DNA of 64,000 nt. It comes from Eledone cirrhosa (taxonomy: Eukaryota). Shown here piece after piece: positions 36,797 to 50,790 of this stretch. Where the stretch lies: positions 109,535-173,534 of the forward strand of contig CAXHJY010000409.1 of NCBI GenBank assembly GCA_964016885.1. The letters run 5' to 3'. A program made the position numbers and the translations under genes. Each line of letters begins with the position of its first letter. Within the stretch, counting starts at the first letter, position 1. The notes below the pieces were generated by a model that was not told the origin of the DNA, did no database searches, and saw only the letters and a list, made by a program, of their open reading frames with translations.

Positions 36797-37788
36797 CTGC
36801 AATAAAATAAAATATAGGTTATCATTTATATCTTGTAAGCTCAATATCTAGATGACAGTTGTACAAGCATAATAAATACACTTCTACTAAAACTGTTAGC
36901 ATCTAGTTTTGTAATGACAGGTGTACAAACATACATTTATACTAAAACTTGGGTTAGTACCTAGTTTTATTGTGATAGTTGTACAAAATAGACTTCTATT
37001 AAATCATGGCTTAGTATCTAGTTTGGTAATGAGTGTCAATGGAAGCTTCTCCAAAACGATAAAACCCTGCTAGGTTGTGGGCTGCTAAACAAAATCATAC
37101 TTATTAATGTTTCCTATCTAAATAAAATTGGTGACATATGTAAAGGGTCCTTAACAAAGAAAATCAGGACATTAAAATTAATTTTAATCAGGACTGATTA
37201 AAATTAAAACTTAGTTATTGTTTGTCTAATTAACTCTTAACACCCTGTAAAGATTTAGCAGAAAATATCTGAAAACAGGTTTGTTAATTCAAATGTTTAT
37301 ACTATCTTTACTAGTGGACAGATTATTGTTAAAATCTGAAGTAAATGAAAGACTAATCATAGTCTTGTTTGTTACTTTTGAAAAATGTCTTGCTAATGTG
37401 GTTTCAGGTGGTACGGGATGTTAACAGTTAATGTACAAGTTATTTTGCTCTGTGGGTATTTTTATTCCTTTACTCTAATGGAGCAGATTGTCAACTAATA
37501 GAGTCATTTGATATTTTAAATCTTGTGAAGTTCATCCTTCTCCAGGTCTGAACACAGCGATTTTCTTCCAGAAAAGGAGGGGGAGTGAGATAGAGATATA
37601 GAGGAAGAATCAACTTCAGTACTAGACTAGTACTTTGGTTTAACAACCATGAAAGGGAAAGTTGACCTTGGGGGTATTTGAACAGAATGAATATTGCAAA
37701 GCATTCTATCTGATGTTTGAATGGCTCTGCCAATTCACAGCCTAAACAGAAATAATAGCACTTGAAATAAATGTGATAAAAAGCTTAC

Positions 37789-39416
37789 TTGAGAAGGATG
37801 TATTTCAGTAAGATTGCCAACCTGTTTGTTTAATTCTTTGTGATTTGGTTCATTTTCACTGTGTATTGGTGAATCTTGAAATAATATAACTGAGCCTTGT
37901 TCAGGAGAGTTTTTCACTGATACACTTGCATTATGTTCAGGTGAGTCTTTCAGTAACACACTTGCATTATGCTCAGGTGAATTTTCCCCCAATGCATTTG
38001 TATTATGTTCAGGTGAGTTTTTCAGTGATACACTTGTATTGTGTCCAGGTGGAGTCTTTGCTGAGAGAACTGTATTATTTTCATGTTTTTTCATTGATAC
38101 ACTAGTGTTATTTTCTGGCGAATTCTTCACCAAAACATATGTATTGCTGTCTGGAGATTTCTTAACTAATACACTTGTAGGAGCTTTTGGTGAATTTTTC
38201 ATCAAAATACATGGCTTGTTCTCAGGAGAATTTTTAACCAGTATACTTGTAGTTTTCCCAAATGTACAGTCAGGATTTTCAGGTGATCTCATTACCAAAA
38301 GATTTGCACTGCTTCCAGAAAAATTCTTAATCTTTCCACCTGTATTGCTGGATAAGTTTTCAACTAATAAATTGTTATCAGGTGAGTTTTTAGTAAGTTT
38401 ATCTATATTACTTTCGTTTGAATTTTTGTGTTCAAATAAATTCTTTCCTCGATGTCCATCTGAGGAAGTTTTACCTAATATAGGTTTCATTTTGTCTTTA
38501 CTTGACTTATTTACTTTTTCCAGACTTTGTGGAATTGCAACTGTTTTTCTTTTAATACTTGATTTAAGGGCTTTGTTTGGTATCTTCAATAACTTTTCCG
38601 GAGCATTGTCTTCCTTTTGTAACATTCGTTCATCTACACATGTTGGAGGTTCGCTATCAATTTTCACATTTAATTTTTCCTTTTTTAATATAGTGACTTT
38701 TTTTAGTTCAACATTTTCACCATTCTTTGCTCCAGTTGGACTCACAGGAGAACTGGCTGATCTGGTGTCTTTTCTATATTCTTTTTGTCGAACAACTTGA
38801 TCATTTTTCTCCACTAAAATATTTGGTTCAAGTTTAGGAAATGAATAGTTTTGTTGTTGAATAAGAGATTGATTGTCTTCTGTATTTTTTAATCTGTCCA
38901 ATTTAACCGAATTAGTAAGAGCATCTGATTCAGGAAGTGTTTTTTTTTCTGCTGAATTCATTAGTTCAGGATATTTTTCAAATTGTACTTCATACATGCC
39001 ATTGGTAGCTTCATAACTATGTAATACTGCCTCATTTTCTGCATAATCAAACGTAAGTTCTTTACTGACTCTACATTTTTGGATTTTATTTTCCGATGTT
39101 TTAGATTTACGCAGCTCTTCTCTACTGTCAGCCATTTTTACTTTCTCTGTTGACCCACGGTAATCACTGATACTGTGTTCACTATGTAAACTTGTCCTGT
39201 CCAAACTTATTGTGCTGCTTTGACTAAATATGCTATTGTGACTCATTCTAACATTTTGCCAGGACGCACCATTTGCATTATTTAAGTCAGTGTTTCTTGA
39301 ATCAGTTTGAGTTGCAACATCAAACATCTGTACTTTGATCTGATTCCTTGGAACAATAATTATTTCATCATCAGAATGGTCATATAGTAAAGGACGAGTT
39401 AGTCTCTCTGTTGAAC
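37789..39416 (-). CDS. Unidentified gene, large 1628-nt exon encoding a low-complexity S/K/N/E-rich region
   Basis: tttctag|GSTERLTRPLLYDHSDDE...MFDVATQTD...HPSQ|gtaagc. A 530-aa ORF in AT-rich DNA, phase 1 in, phase 0 out. Confidence 0.85.
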
Positions 39417-39449
39417 CTAGAAATAGAACACTTATTGTATATGAATGAG

Positions 39450-40480
39450 TTCATGCACATGTTGGCACTGACCACCTGACATGGGAAGGAGTGATTGGAA
39501 GGAATGATAACCCTGATCTAAATATAAATTGAGAGGTCTTATTAGACTTCTGTTCTAGCAATGGACTCTCTATTATGAACACCTTCCAGTGCAGAGACAT
39601 CCATAAATATACCTGGTATAAGGGTATTCAGGGACAGATCAATAATTGATTTTGTTATTGTCTGATCTCTTTGATTTTGTGCTGGATGATCATGTTAAGA
39701 GAGGGACTGAGCTGTCAACTGATCACCATCTAGTTATCTGCAGCTTGCGACTACCTAAAGCCAAAGAAGCCCATAAAACTGGCAGGTCCAGGTTGATCTA
39801 CCGGATAAAGTGGGAAGTGTTGGGGGATAAGGAAGTCAAGACTGACTATGCAAATACTATTGCATCCAAATTCAGAGAACTCCCTCAACAAACTAATGTT
39901 AAGACAGTGAAAATTGTTCATATCAGCAGTTTCTGCTTCAGCTGTTTAATGCTGTGGGCAAAAGAGCTTTGGAGTGGCACCGGATGGCAGGAGGACCCCT
40001 TGGTTTAATCAAGAGGTCAAAGATGCCAACCAAGCAAAGAAGGAGCCTTACAAAGCTTGGCTTGGGAATAAGAAATAAGTCCTCCTTCTTGCACTTGTAG
40101 TAGTACAAGCAGGCACGAGGCAGCAGAAATAGTAAAGGTGTCTAAAGTTAAGACAGAGGACTTTGAGGTTAAGTTGGAATCTGACTTCAGGTCAGCAAAT
40201 AAAGTGTTCTGACAGACCATCCACTGACTTCGTAATAAGAAGCTCTCCTCCACATCTGCTATCAGGAATGCATCTGGGGTTCTCCTCTCTACAGAGAGGT
40301 GCATCCTTGTGAGGGGGAGAGAATACTTTACTGATCTCCTAAATCTGATCACAACATCTGATGTACATGAGGTGCATCTGGGAGTGGTGAGAGGCTGAGG
40401 TCACAGGTGCAGTTAAAGAGCTCAAATGTGGCAAAGCTGGGGAAGAGGAAATCCAGCCCAAGATGTTAAAAGCCTTAAAT
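39450..40480 (+). mobile_element. Decayed Rex3/Expander-like RTE LINE fragment (AP endonuclease region)
   Basis: WEGVIGRND.PDLN..LLDFCSSNGLSIMNT..HKYTWY..VKRGTELSTDHHLV, with many stops. Confidence 0.75.
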
Positions 40481-40997
40481 AGTTATTCTTATATTTATAA
40501 TTTACTGTATTTTATATTTTACAAATTAAGCTAGAAGAAATTGTAAGCTGTTGATAAACTACCCTATTTATAACTAATTTGGCTTCTATTTATATTTCTC
40601 CTTGGAAGTAGAAGTTATTGAATTGATTAAAACTTCTAGGTATCTTGTTATTATCAGTCTTATTCATATTGACTGTTTTTGTTTTTGTATTGTCTCAAAT
40701 GTCGTGGTTACTTGTGGCCAATAAAAGTTATCATCATCACCATCACCATCAGGAGAGTGTTGCCAGTGGTAGGAGAATGAGGGTGTCCTTAATGGTAATG
40801 ACAGATGGGTGTTGCCAGTTGTACTGGTAAAAAGGTGTAACCAGGAAATCAACAGAGATATTCTGTAAATATTCCCATCAAGCAAAGAAACAAATGATCA
40901 GAAATAAAGAAAAAAGGTGAAGGAAAAAGAAACAACAGGAAAAAAAGAAAAATCTCAGATATTCTTGCAAATTTCAATTATCAGGAATTATTATATA

Positions 40998-41595
40998 TAA
41001 TTGTTTCTGATTTAGACACAAGGCCAACAATTTTGGGGAAGGGGAACGTTGACCAAATCTATCCCAGTGTATTACTGGTACTTTATTTTATCAACCCCAT
41101 AAAGATGAAAGGCAAAGCTAACCTCGGCAGGATTTGAACTCAGAACACAAAGGGATGTAACTATATGCTGCAAAGCATGTCTGATGCTCTACCAATACTG
41201 TCAATCCACTGCTCTAATTATTTTTAGATATAATTGTTTCTATTTTAGGCACAAAGCCAGCAATTTGAAAGGGAGGAGATAGTCGCTTAAATCAACCTCA
41301 GTGCATTACTGGTGCTTTATTTATTGACCCGTAAGGATGTAAGGCATGTAAATCCATGCTAGCGTGGAAGATAGACGTTAAACGATGATGATGATGATGA
41401 CACAAGGCCAGAAATTTTGGGGAGGGGAAAGTCGATTAAATGGACCCCCAGTGTGTGACTGGTACTTTATTTTATCAACCTCGTAAGGATGAAAGGCAAA
41501 GTTAACCTCAGTGGGATTTGAACTCAGATCATAAAGGGCCGCAACTCTATGCTGCAGAGCATGGCGTCCAACCCTCTACCGATACTGCCAATCCA
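40998..41595 (-). mobile_element. Three SINE family A copies
   Basis: 40998-41215, partial 41230-41340, and 41400-41595. Confidence 0.85.
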
Positions 41596-42518
41596 TTATT
41601 TTTAGATATAATAAGAGATTGTTGTTGTTATTTTATTGTAGGTTAGTTCTGATGAAGCAGACTAATGTTATCCAAACAGTTTGCTCGTGGTCTACCTCTG
41701 GCTCTCCTGTTAGTTGATTTTGCCCATGAAATCTGTCAGGCTTTCTCAAAAAGACAAAATTTTTCAGTCTTTGCAGATTTTCATTCTTGCCATGCAGCAC
41801 TTGGCAACAAACCTATTTAGTGTATATCAGAAATTACCTTGTGATGTTAGGTAGCACCATGTCTGAAATATTAGATAACTGATCCTACACCGACTGGTTT
41901 TGATTCCACTTCCAGCCCAGATGCTTATGTCAATCCTGTTCATGAATATCATAAACTGGTATTCAACATTCACATTGAATATAAAGGAAAAATGAAACAG
42001 GTCAGTAATTTATTATTTTATTGTCTTTGATCTCTGGGATGTTTGTGTTGAGCTGTCAACTGGTCTGTGTAGCCAGGAGAATAAGAAATGGGATGAACAC
42101 CAAAACAATTATGAAACCAAATGTGACATTAGTGCTGTGAAAAACTATGGCTTGAACTTGTTTATTAATTTTTTTGTTACCATATTTCTAATGAAAGACT
42201 ACCTATGGTTTTCAAATAAATTGTAAAATGATCAAGAATTTTGAGAGATTTAGTGATATAACTAACTTAGCTGGTGTTTGTAATATAGCTTATTGAACGT
42301 TCTTATATAAAATTATGTTAACAGATTTTTAGATAAGTATAAACACTTTAAAACAATGAGTTTTGTACCATAAAACCAGGGTCAATTCCAGGCAGTTTAG
42401 TATCAAAAGTTTAGTATTGAAATTGAATGTGCTTTATCCAAAATTCTCCAGATTTCTTTATTTAACAAATACTGATAATTAGAAAAATCAAAAGAGTAGT
42501 GTATATAATAATACTTAC

Positions 42519-42686
42519 CAGCAGTAGAGTTACATTGAGGATTGCTGTATGCATGGTTTAGAATGGCTCTCTGGCGCATATCTAATTGTTTTCGATTACG
42601 GGCTAATTTTGGTGACAATGATATCAAACTTGTTGTTTCAGACAAACTTGGGACCCGGATGCCAGAAGTAGTGAATTCAACATGAT
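42519..42686 (-). CDS. Unidentified gene, internal exon
   Basis: atatttag|DHVEFTTSGIRVPSLSETTSLISLSPKLARNRKQLDMRQRAILNHAYSNPQCNSTA|gtaagt. 168 nt, phase 1/1. An alternative phase-0 acceptor at 42720 is possible. Confidence 0.7.
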
Positions 42687-42800
42687 CTAAATATATTGAA
42701 CATAATTCTTGTAGACATTTCTATAAACAATTGTCTTGTCTTTATTAGAATATTAAGGTCAGAACATACTGTCAAATATCAACAATGGAATGAGAAGATA

Positions 42801-43282
42801 ACATTTGTTAATCTGGGAGTAGACATTTTAGACATTTGTTAATCTGGGAGTAGACATTTTAGACATTTGTTAATTTGGGAGTAAACATTTTAGACATTTG
42901 TTAATTTGGGAATAGACATTTTAGACATTTGTTAATTTGGGAGTACACATTTTAGACATTTGTTAATTTGGGAGTAGACATTTTAGACATTTGTTAATTT
43001 GGGAGTAGACATTTTAGACATTTGTTAATTTGGGAGTACACATTTTAGACATTTGTTAATCTGGGAGTAGACATTTTAGACATTTGTTAATCTGGGAGTA
43101 GACATTTTAGACATTTGTTAATCTGGGAGTAGACATTTTAGACATTTGTTAATTTGGGAGTAGACATTTTAGACATTTGTTAATTTGGGAGTAGACATTT
43201 TAGACATTTGTTAATCTGGGAGTACACATTTTAGACATTTGTTAATTTGGGAGTAGACATTTTAGACATTTGTTAATTTGGG
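42801..43282. repeat. 31-bp minisatellite, ~15 copies
   Basis: Unit acatttgttaat(c/t)tgggagtagacattttag. Confidence 0.95.
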
Positions 43283-43284
43283 CA

Positions 43285-43788
43285 TAGTTAACTTCAGCGG
43301 GATTTGAACTCAGACTGTAAAGGGGCATAATTTTGTGCTGCAAAGCATGGCATCCGACCCTCTACCGATACTGCCAATCCACCACCCTAAATGATTATAA
43401 TAATTGTTTCTACTTTTGACACAAGGCCAGCAATTATCCCAGGCATTACTGGTACTTTATTTTATCGACCTTGAAAGGATGAAAGGCAAAGTTGACCTTG
43501 GTGGGATTTGAACTCTGAGAGCAGAGAGTAGGAACGAATACCGTAAAGCATTCTATCCAACGTTCTAACGACTCTGCCAATCCACCACCCTAAATGATTA
43601 TAATAATTGTTTCTACTTTGGGCACAAGGCCAGCAATTATCCCAGTGTATTACTGGTACTTTATTTTATCGACCCCGTAAGGATGAAAGGCAAAGTTAAC
43701 CTCGGCTGGATTTGAACTCAGTCCGTAAAGGGACGTAACTGTGCTGCAAAGCATGGTGTCCGACCCTCTACCAATACTGCCAATCCCC
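43285..43788 (-). mobile_element. Three tandem SINE family A copies
   Basis: Repeated head/core/tail with shared spacer ccaccaccctaaatgattataataattgtttctac. Confidence 0.85.
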
Positions 43789-45207
43789 AATGATAGCCAA
43801 TCATTATAAATGATAGTTGAAAGAATTGGATAAAGTACTCCTGGAAACAGGAAAAAGTTTACAGAGGTATTTCTATCCCCTTTCTCCATTTCACTTGACT
43901 TTCTTAACTATAATTTATTGTGATCAACTATTATTATAATAACCAAATTTCAATTTTACAATGTTTTTTTAAATCAACTAGACGTTTACATTTTAGACAT
44001 TTGTTTAACTGATAAATCTGTCTTTTGTGTATATAAAACCTCACTTTTTTCTTAAAACTGAAATAATCTTCAGTAAAAATAAATCATCAAAAGTTTGCTC
44101 ACTAAACATTTTCTTTCTACTGACATAAATAATATGATATCTTAAAGATAATTACTACACAACTAATGTGATATCTTAAAGGTAATTATTACACAACTAA
44201 TGTGATATCTTAAAGGTAATTATTACAGAAATGTGATATCTTAACATTTAGCATTTACATTACTGTATACAAATTATTGTATTTTCGCAGTAAAGGCTTT
44301 ATCTTACATAATTATCTCGCTAATCTACAAGATTTTTATATTATTTATTTTGAGAAAAATACCTTATCATCAGTATGAAGGGCTGGTTGGGGTCAGTTTG
44401 AACAGAAAGAGGTGAGAGAATTCTGGCTGGATATGGCCGGTTTAAATGCTAAAGAGTTAAAGATAATTATTACAGAAATGTAATATTTTAAAGATGATTA
44501 TTACATGTCATGTGATAACTTTAAGGTAATTATTAGAACTATAAATGTGTATCATCATCATCATAATTTAATGTCCAATTTTCCCTGCTTGCAAGAGGGG
44601 GACGGGTCATATTCAGCACAGAATCTCTCCACTTGTCACCGTCCTTCGTCATCTCCTCCGTGAGCTTCAGCGATCTGAGGTCTGCTCTCACCACCTCCGC
44701 CCATGTTTTTCGTGTATGTTTAAAAATATTTGATATTACTCTAACTATGACATAGAAAATGTAGCTATAATCTGCTTTGAATAAGAGCTGTACTTCAATT
44801 GATATTTACTACTAATTTCTGAAGTATAGATTAATCATTAATCATTAACTAAAGTGGTTTCAGTGATTCTTTTATTATTTTATTGGACTGTGACCATGCT
44901 ACAGCATCAACTTCAACCTTTCTAGTGCTGGTGTCTTGATAAAATGCACCCAATACACTCTGTAAAGTGGTTGAGGTTAGGAAGAGCATCTAATTGTAGA
45001 AGTCATCTTTTTATGCCAATTAATGAGGGTTTTTTTTCAATTGCATGCAATAAAAGTTGGAGTTGATGGAGATAAACACCGACATAAACTTGCTATAAAA
45101 GCAGGTATTAAATTCACCTTGATCTCATTCTTAGTGCAAGCTTTGTAAAGTACAGTTTATCTTAATTTTTAAGAATAAAAGAAGTATAAAAAAACAGCAT
45201 TATTTAT

Positions 45208-45398
45208 GGGATGGTGGATTGGCAGTATCAGTAGAGGGTCGGACGCCATGCTTTCCAGCATAGTTACGTCCCTTTACGATCTGAGTTCAAATCCCGCCGA
45301 GGTTGACTTTGCCTTTCATCCTTACAGGGTCGATAAAATAAAGTACCAGTAATGCACTGGGTAATTGCTGGCCTTGTGCCTAAAGTAGAAACAATTAT
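45208..45398 (+). mobile_element. SINE family A, young, with probable TSD ttatttatgggatg
   Basis: Near-consensus copy. ttatttatgggatg is present at both ends. Confidence 0.9.
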
Positions 45399-46984
45399 TT
45401 ATGGGATGTACTAATATATAATGTAAAAAAGTTGAAGGTTGACTGGATTTTATTCTAACCAGAATGGAAGATAGGGACAAGAACATGTTAAAGAATGCTT
45501 TCTATATATATATTAATGATATTTCTAACATAAATTAATCACATTGATTACTACTGATGTTGTCAAAATAATATCAACAACTATCTGTTGATTTCAAATT
45601 TAGTTATTAATTTTAATTTATATTTCACTTCAAGTAGTTGGCAACTGTAAATTCCCAGTCTTTTACAAGTTCTCTCTGTGTCAACAAACCAGGTAATAAT
45701 TAAATATATTTTAATCAAGCAAATATTTTAATTTAACTAAATAAAAGAATAAAACATAAATACTAATAAGAGACTTTATTGGAGTTACTTTATTTAGATT
45801 TTTTACAATTATTATTATTATTATTATTGGCGATGGTCATTTTGCCAATAAAATTATTATTATTATTAGTTGATATTTTACTCGAATAATTATATGACAG
45901 TATGTGTCTAAATATATAGTCACATTTTTATTAAAACCATTTCAATTGTATATACAAATTATATATCTATGTCTAAATATAATTATTTGATAACTTTTAT
46001 TTTTATTTTTATTTTTATTTTTACACTTACCTCTAATGATAATTACATATCTGCTGAAATCAAAGTTTACAAATAAAATGGTGACTCAACTTTGCAATTA
46101 TTTGTGCATTTACAGAAACAAAGCTAACATGCAAAAAATTAAAATTAAGCTAAAGTGAAATAAGTTTGTGCCCAATAAAAACATTAAGAATAATTCAATG
46201 AAAATGTTGAAAAGAGTCAATTAGAATTTGTATACAATATTTGTGTTCTTTTTTTAACTTGTAAAAGGTTAAATTTCACAGAAAATTTAAAGTCAGAAAC
46301 GCAACAAGTGAGAGTTAATAAAGCAAAGACTTCAGTCTAGAGTTCTACTGCCTCAAACATTTCTAATGGTTCCTTTGTTGAAAATATTAAACACAAATAA
46401 AACTGTTGTTTGGATCTATTTGGGAAGCTAAATAATTTCATGTCATAGACACAACACAGACACATACATAGACAGATGTACAAAGATAACAGTCACAATA
46501 TACACACACAAAGCCATGTATAGCATATTACACATAGATTAATGAGAAAGAAATTTGGTAAAAGATGTTAACGAATTAGATGTTTTTTGTTTTATTGCAT
46601 AATAAGAAAATTATTTCTAATCCTAGAGAATTTCATATTATGTAAGTTTGGGGAAAATAGAATAAGGGAGATGTGTTTATAAGATAATCTTTAAATATAG
46701 AAATATAGATGAGAAACAAATAAAGCATTGTTTTATTGTCTCTAGTTTACTTGGTCAACAGAAATGTAGAGCAGTAGAGATAGAGAGTAGAAGTCAACAA
46801 CACAGGAAAGAGGACGTACTTGTGTTAGATAGAAAATATATTATTTTGAAATGTAGACACAAAAGTGGTATATTTGTGTGATGAATTTTAAGTTAGTGAT
46901 TCAAATTTAGTGGTTAATGCACAAAAGTGGTATATTCTAAAAGATAACAGTTTGATTTCCACCAGTTATTGTTGATTTGCTTTC

Positions 46985-47222
46985 AAATGTGATATGTATA
47001 TACATCCATACATAGTTGAAATGTGATATGTATATACATCCATACATTGTTGAAATGTAATATGTATATACATCCATACATTGTTGAAATGTGATATGTA
47101 TATACATCCATACATAGTTGAAATGTAATGTATATACATCCATACATTGTTGAAATGTGATATGTATATACATCCATACATTGTTGAAATGTGATATGTA
47201 TATACATCCATACATAGTTGAA
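46985..47222. repeat. 34-bp minisatellite, ~7 copies
   Basis: Unit gaaatgtgatatgtatatacatccatacattgtt. Confidence 0.9.
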
Positions 47223-47661
47223 ATATAGAAATGTAAAACAGTTTACACTAGTAGATCGGGCAGTCACAACAGTAGAGATATAGTAGTCAGTATTGAGATT
47301 GGGTATCATCATCATCATTATTATTCTGTCTGATTTCCATGTTGGTATGAGTTGGATGGGTTGACATGGTCTTAGACTAGAGAACTAATCTTCCATAAAG
47401 TTAAGAATCTACATATTTGGAAGATTTTTAAATATTTATTCAAAAATTATAAACATTTCACTGTTTTATGTTTAGAAATGTTTTTTAATGATGAGATAAT
47501 AAAACATTCAAATTTCAATACTAAATTTTATGAAATAGTGAACTGCCCAGAGTAAAATAAAATAAAAACAAAGAACTGTATTATAACTGGAAGAAAATTT
47601 CAATAAAAAAAGAGAATCAAGTCACTCATTTCAAATGTTAATAATTTGGAAATTTAATAAA

Positions 47662-47842
47662 AATAATTGTTTCTACTTTAGGCACAAGGCCAGCAATTAC
47701 CCAGTGCATTACTGGTACTTTATTTTATCGACCCCGTAAGGATGAAAGGCAAAGTCAACCTCGGCGGGATTTGAACTCAGATCGTAAAGGGACGTAACTA
47801 TGCTGGAAAGCATGGCGTCCGACCCTCTACCGATACTGCCAA
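47662..47842 (-). mobile_element. SINE family A
   Basis: Near-consensus reverse complement. Confidence 0.9.
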
Positions 47843-48077
47843 ATAATGTTTTGTTTTGGGACACTTTTGAGCCTTGAACTTTTATTGAAATTTAGGATTT
47901 TCTAATCTTTAATCCCAAATGAATAAAAAAAATGATATATCATCATCAGTCATCAGGAGATGAAATGTTTCACTCAGATAAAATGTCTATCTTTCCTCTC
48001 TATTTAATATTGGCCTTTTGGAGTATTAAAGTAAATACTTTATTTAATTACACACACACAAACACACACATGCATGC

Positions 48078-48112
<35 letters not shown>

Positions 48113-48164
48113 TGCATATATATATATAAACACACACAGACATGCATGCATAGATATATATATT

Positions 48165-48203
<39 letters not shown>

Positions 48204-48319
48204 AAAGAAAAACGAACACATATATCTATATATCTGTGTTCGTTTTTCTTTTATTTTCTCTCTCTCTCTCTATATATATATGCATGCATGTCTGTGTGTG
48301 TTTATATATATATATATAT

Positions 48320-48679
48320 ATCGGAAGGGACCTGATTCGCTAAGGTGAAAAGAATACTAACTATAGACAATTGGGTTTGCTTGTCTCAATTTAAGAAAAA
48401 TTAAGAAAATAAATACAAACCGGAATTGTGGTAACTACCAATCACCCAGACAACTTGTTGTTGTTTCTCAAAGTTAATTGTGAATAGAAATACTAATTCA
48501 AGCTGATCAGTGGGTGATAAATTAGTATCCTAGACACATCCATGTATGGTATATATAAAATATAAAACTGCACATGGCATCCTAGCGAGTCTCACAAACC
48601 CACACCAAATTGAGACAAGCGAACCCAATTGTCTATAGTTAGTATTCTTTTCACCTTAGCGAATCAGGTCCCTTACGAT
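48320..48679. mobile_element. Foldback element with 73-bp inverted arms
   Basis: 48320-48392 is the near-perfect reverse complement of 48607-48679. Confidence 0.8.
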
Positions 48680-49662
48680 TTGAACACTATATATCTGTGT
48701 TCGCTTTTATTTTATTTTCTATTATAATATATGGTTCAGAAATATCTATTTCTTAAAGCTATTTTGTTGTAAGAGACTATTTGGAGTTCCTAACTCAATG
48801 TATACATTTAATATATATATACATATTGAATTGGAAAATAAAAAAAGATATTTATATATTTCTAGAATTATTTTTAAAATAACTTCTGAGGCAGCAGATT
48901 GCTGAACTAAACAATATCTTTGCATTATGTGTTTCATGAGTGGAGTTTCATTTAATGCCACCATTTTATGAGATAGAAAGGTGACTTACTTTTTAAAATA
49001 TTTTCTAGTTATATTTAACAGCTAAGTTTTGATTCATTTCTAAACATATGATAGTAAATTTAACTTTTAACTTCCTGTAAAGATTTAGCAGAAAATATCT
49101 GAAAACAAGTTTGTTAACTCAAATGTTTATAGCATCTTTATTAGTAAACACATCATTTTAAAATTTGCAGTAAACTAATTAAAGGTTTTAATTTTTAATG
49201 TGATGCAGTCATAGTCGATTTGTACTTTTAAAGAATATCTTGCTAACGTGGTTTTCTGTGGTACAAGACATTAAGAGTTTAATCAAAGAACATGTCTTTT
49301 TGAATAAAACATCTGATGTTATAAGTAACCATCATCATAATCACTGTTTAATGAAAAATTAAATATATTTCAAAATAATGTTAAAATTCTAATTATATTA
49401 GGGAAGTTGAAGAATAGTGCCATTTTGACATTTACAATAGCTGTTGGGTTAATGATGATGGTTGTGTGAATCTCAGCAGTTTTCAGATACCTGCCGGTCA
49501 ATATTAATACGTCTTTTATAACCTAACATTACTAATTTATGGTTAAAAATCATCCTACATTACATACTTTTATACTTCTTTGATATTATAGTATAATCAG
49601 TGAAGTTTTCCTCAAGGTTTCTCTCTGACATTTATTAACATATGATATAAAAACCTCATAAA

Positions 49663-49711
<49 letters not shown>

Positions 49712-50129
49712 CAGCTCACACCCATGCAGGTTTAGCTGGCCTCCAAGGTATATCTCGCTGGAGGTGTCTTGGGTAATTTTTAATGATAGGGACCCAGTCC
49801 TATCATCTCATTTCTACAGCTGAGTAAACTGGAGCAACGTGAAATAAAGTGCTCAAGGAAACAACACAACATCCGATCCGAGAATTGAACTCACAACCTT
49901 TCAATTGCAAGCCCAATGCTCTAACCACTAAGCCATGCGCCTTCACTTCATAAAATTAGGGTTGAATTAAGATATTTAGAAGCCCTAAGAATATGTGTGT
50001 AGTGAGGGAAGGATCACATTTTTATTGGCTCTGGTTCAGCCACAACATCACACCATGGTCCATTGTAAATCTGTCACTGGAAAATTTCTCTATGGGGCCC
50101 CTTCTCTATTAGAGGCCCTAAACACATAC

Positions 50130-50520
50130 ATAGTGACACAGATTAGGGAGCAACCATAGGGAGAATTACACTTCCTTTAATATGTTGATATAGATTAAAG
50201 AGCAGCCACAGGGAGAGTTACACTTCATTTAATATGTTGACAAATTAGAGAGCAACCAATTGGAGAGCTTCACTTCCTTTAATATGTTGACACAAATTAG
50301 AGAGCAACCAGTTGGAGAGCTTCACTTCCTTTGATATGTTAATATAGATCAGAGGGTAGCCAGTGGGAGAGCTACATTTCCTTTAATATGTTGATACAGA
50401 TTAGAAAGCAACAGTGAGAGAACTACACTACCTTTAATATGTTGATATAGATTGGAGAGTAACCAGTTGGAGAGTTACACTCCCTTTAATATGTTGATAC
50501 AGATTGGAGAGAAAGCACAG
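50130..50520. repeat. Degenerate ~50-bp tandem repeat, ~7 copies
   Basis: cacttcctttaatatgttgat.cagattagagagcaaccag.gggagagtta. Confidence 0.8.
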
Positions 50521-50790
50521 CGTAAGTTTCACTTGCTTCAATATAATATTAATGTATACTGTAGGATATTTTTAGTAATAAAAGACTAAATTCAAGATAG
50601 CTATTTCACTGTAAGATATTGTAACAAACAAAGAACACTACATGGTATGTTATTAATAATTCATCACAATCCAGGGAGGACATTTACTGGGGTTATTGTC
50701 TATGGAAGGTAAATAGTATCATTGTAGATTTTAATCATTGGAGGTATTCCAGATACATTTAGACTTTCAGGTTCAGATTCAGAAATCACA

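Noticed and set aside
38039-38800. 253-aa plus-strand ORF
   Set aside because: Antisense shadow of the large minus-strand exon, with no independent signals.
41640-41745. CUGAUGA ... GAAAUCUGUC hammerhead-like relic (related sequence at 1490-1550)
   Set aside because: Helices I and III do not pair convincingly. At best a heavily decayed copy, so not called as a ribozyme.
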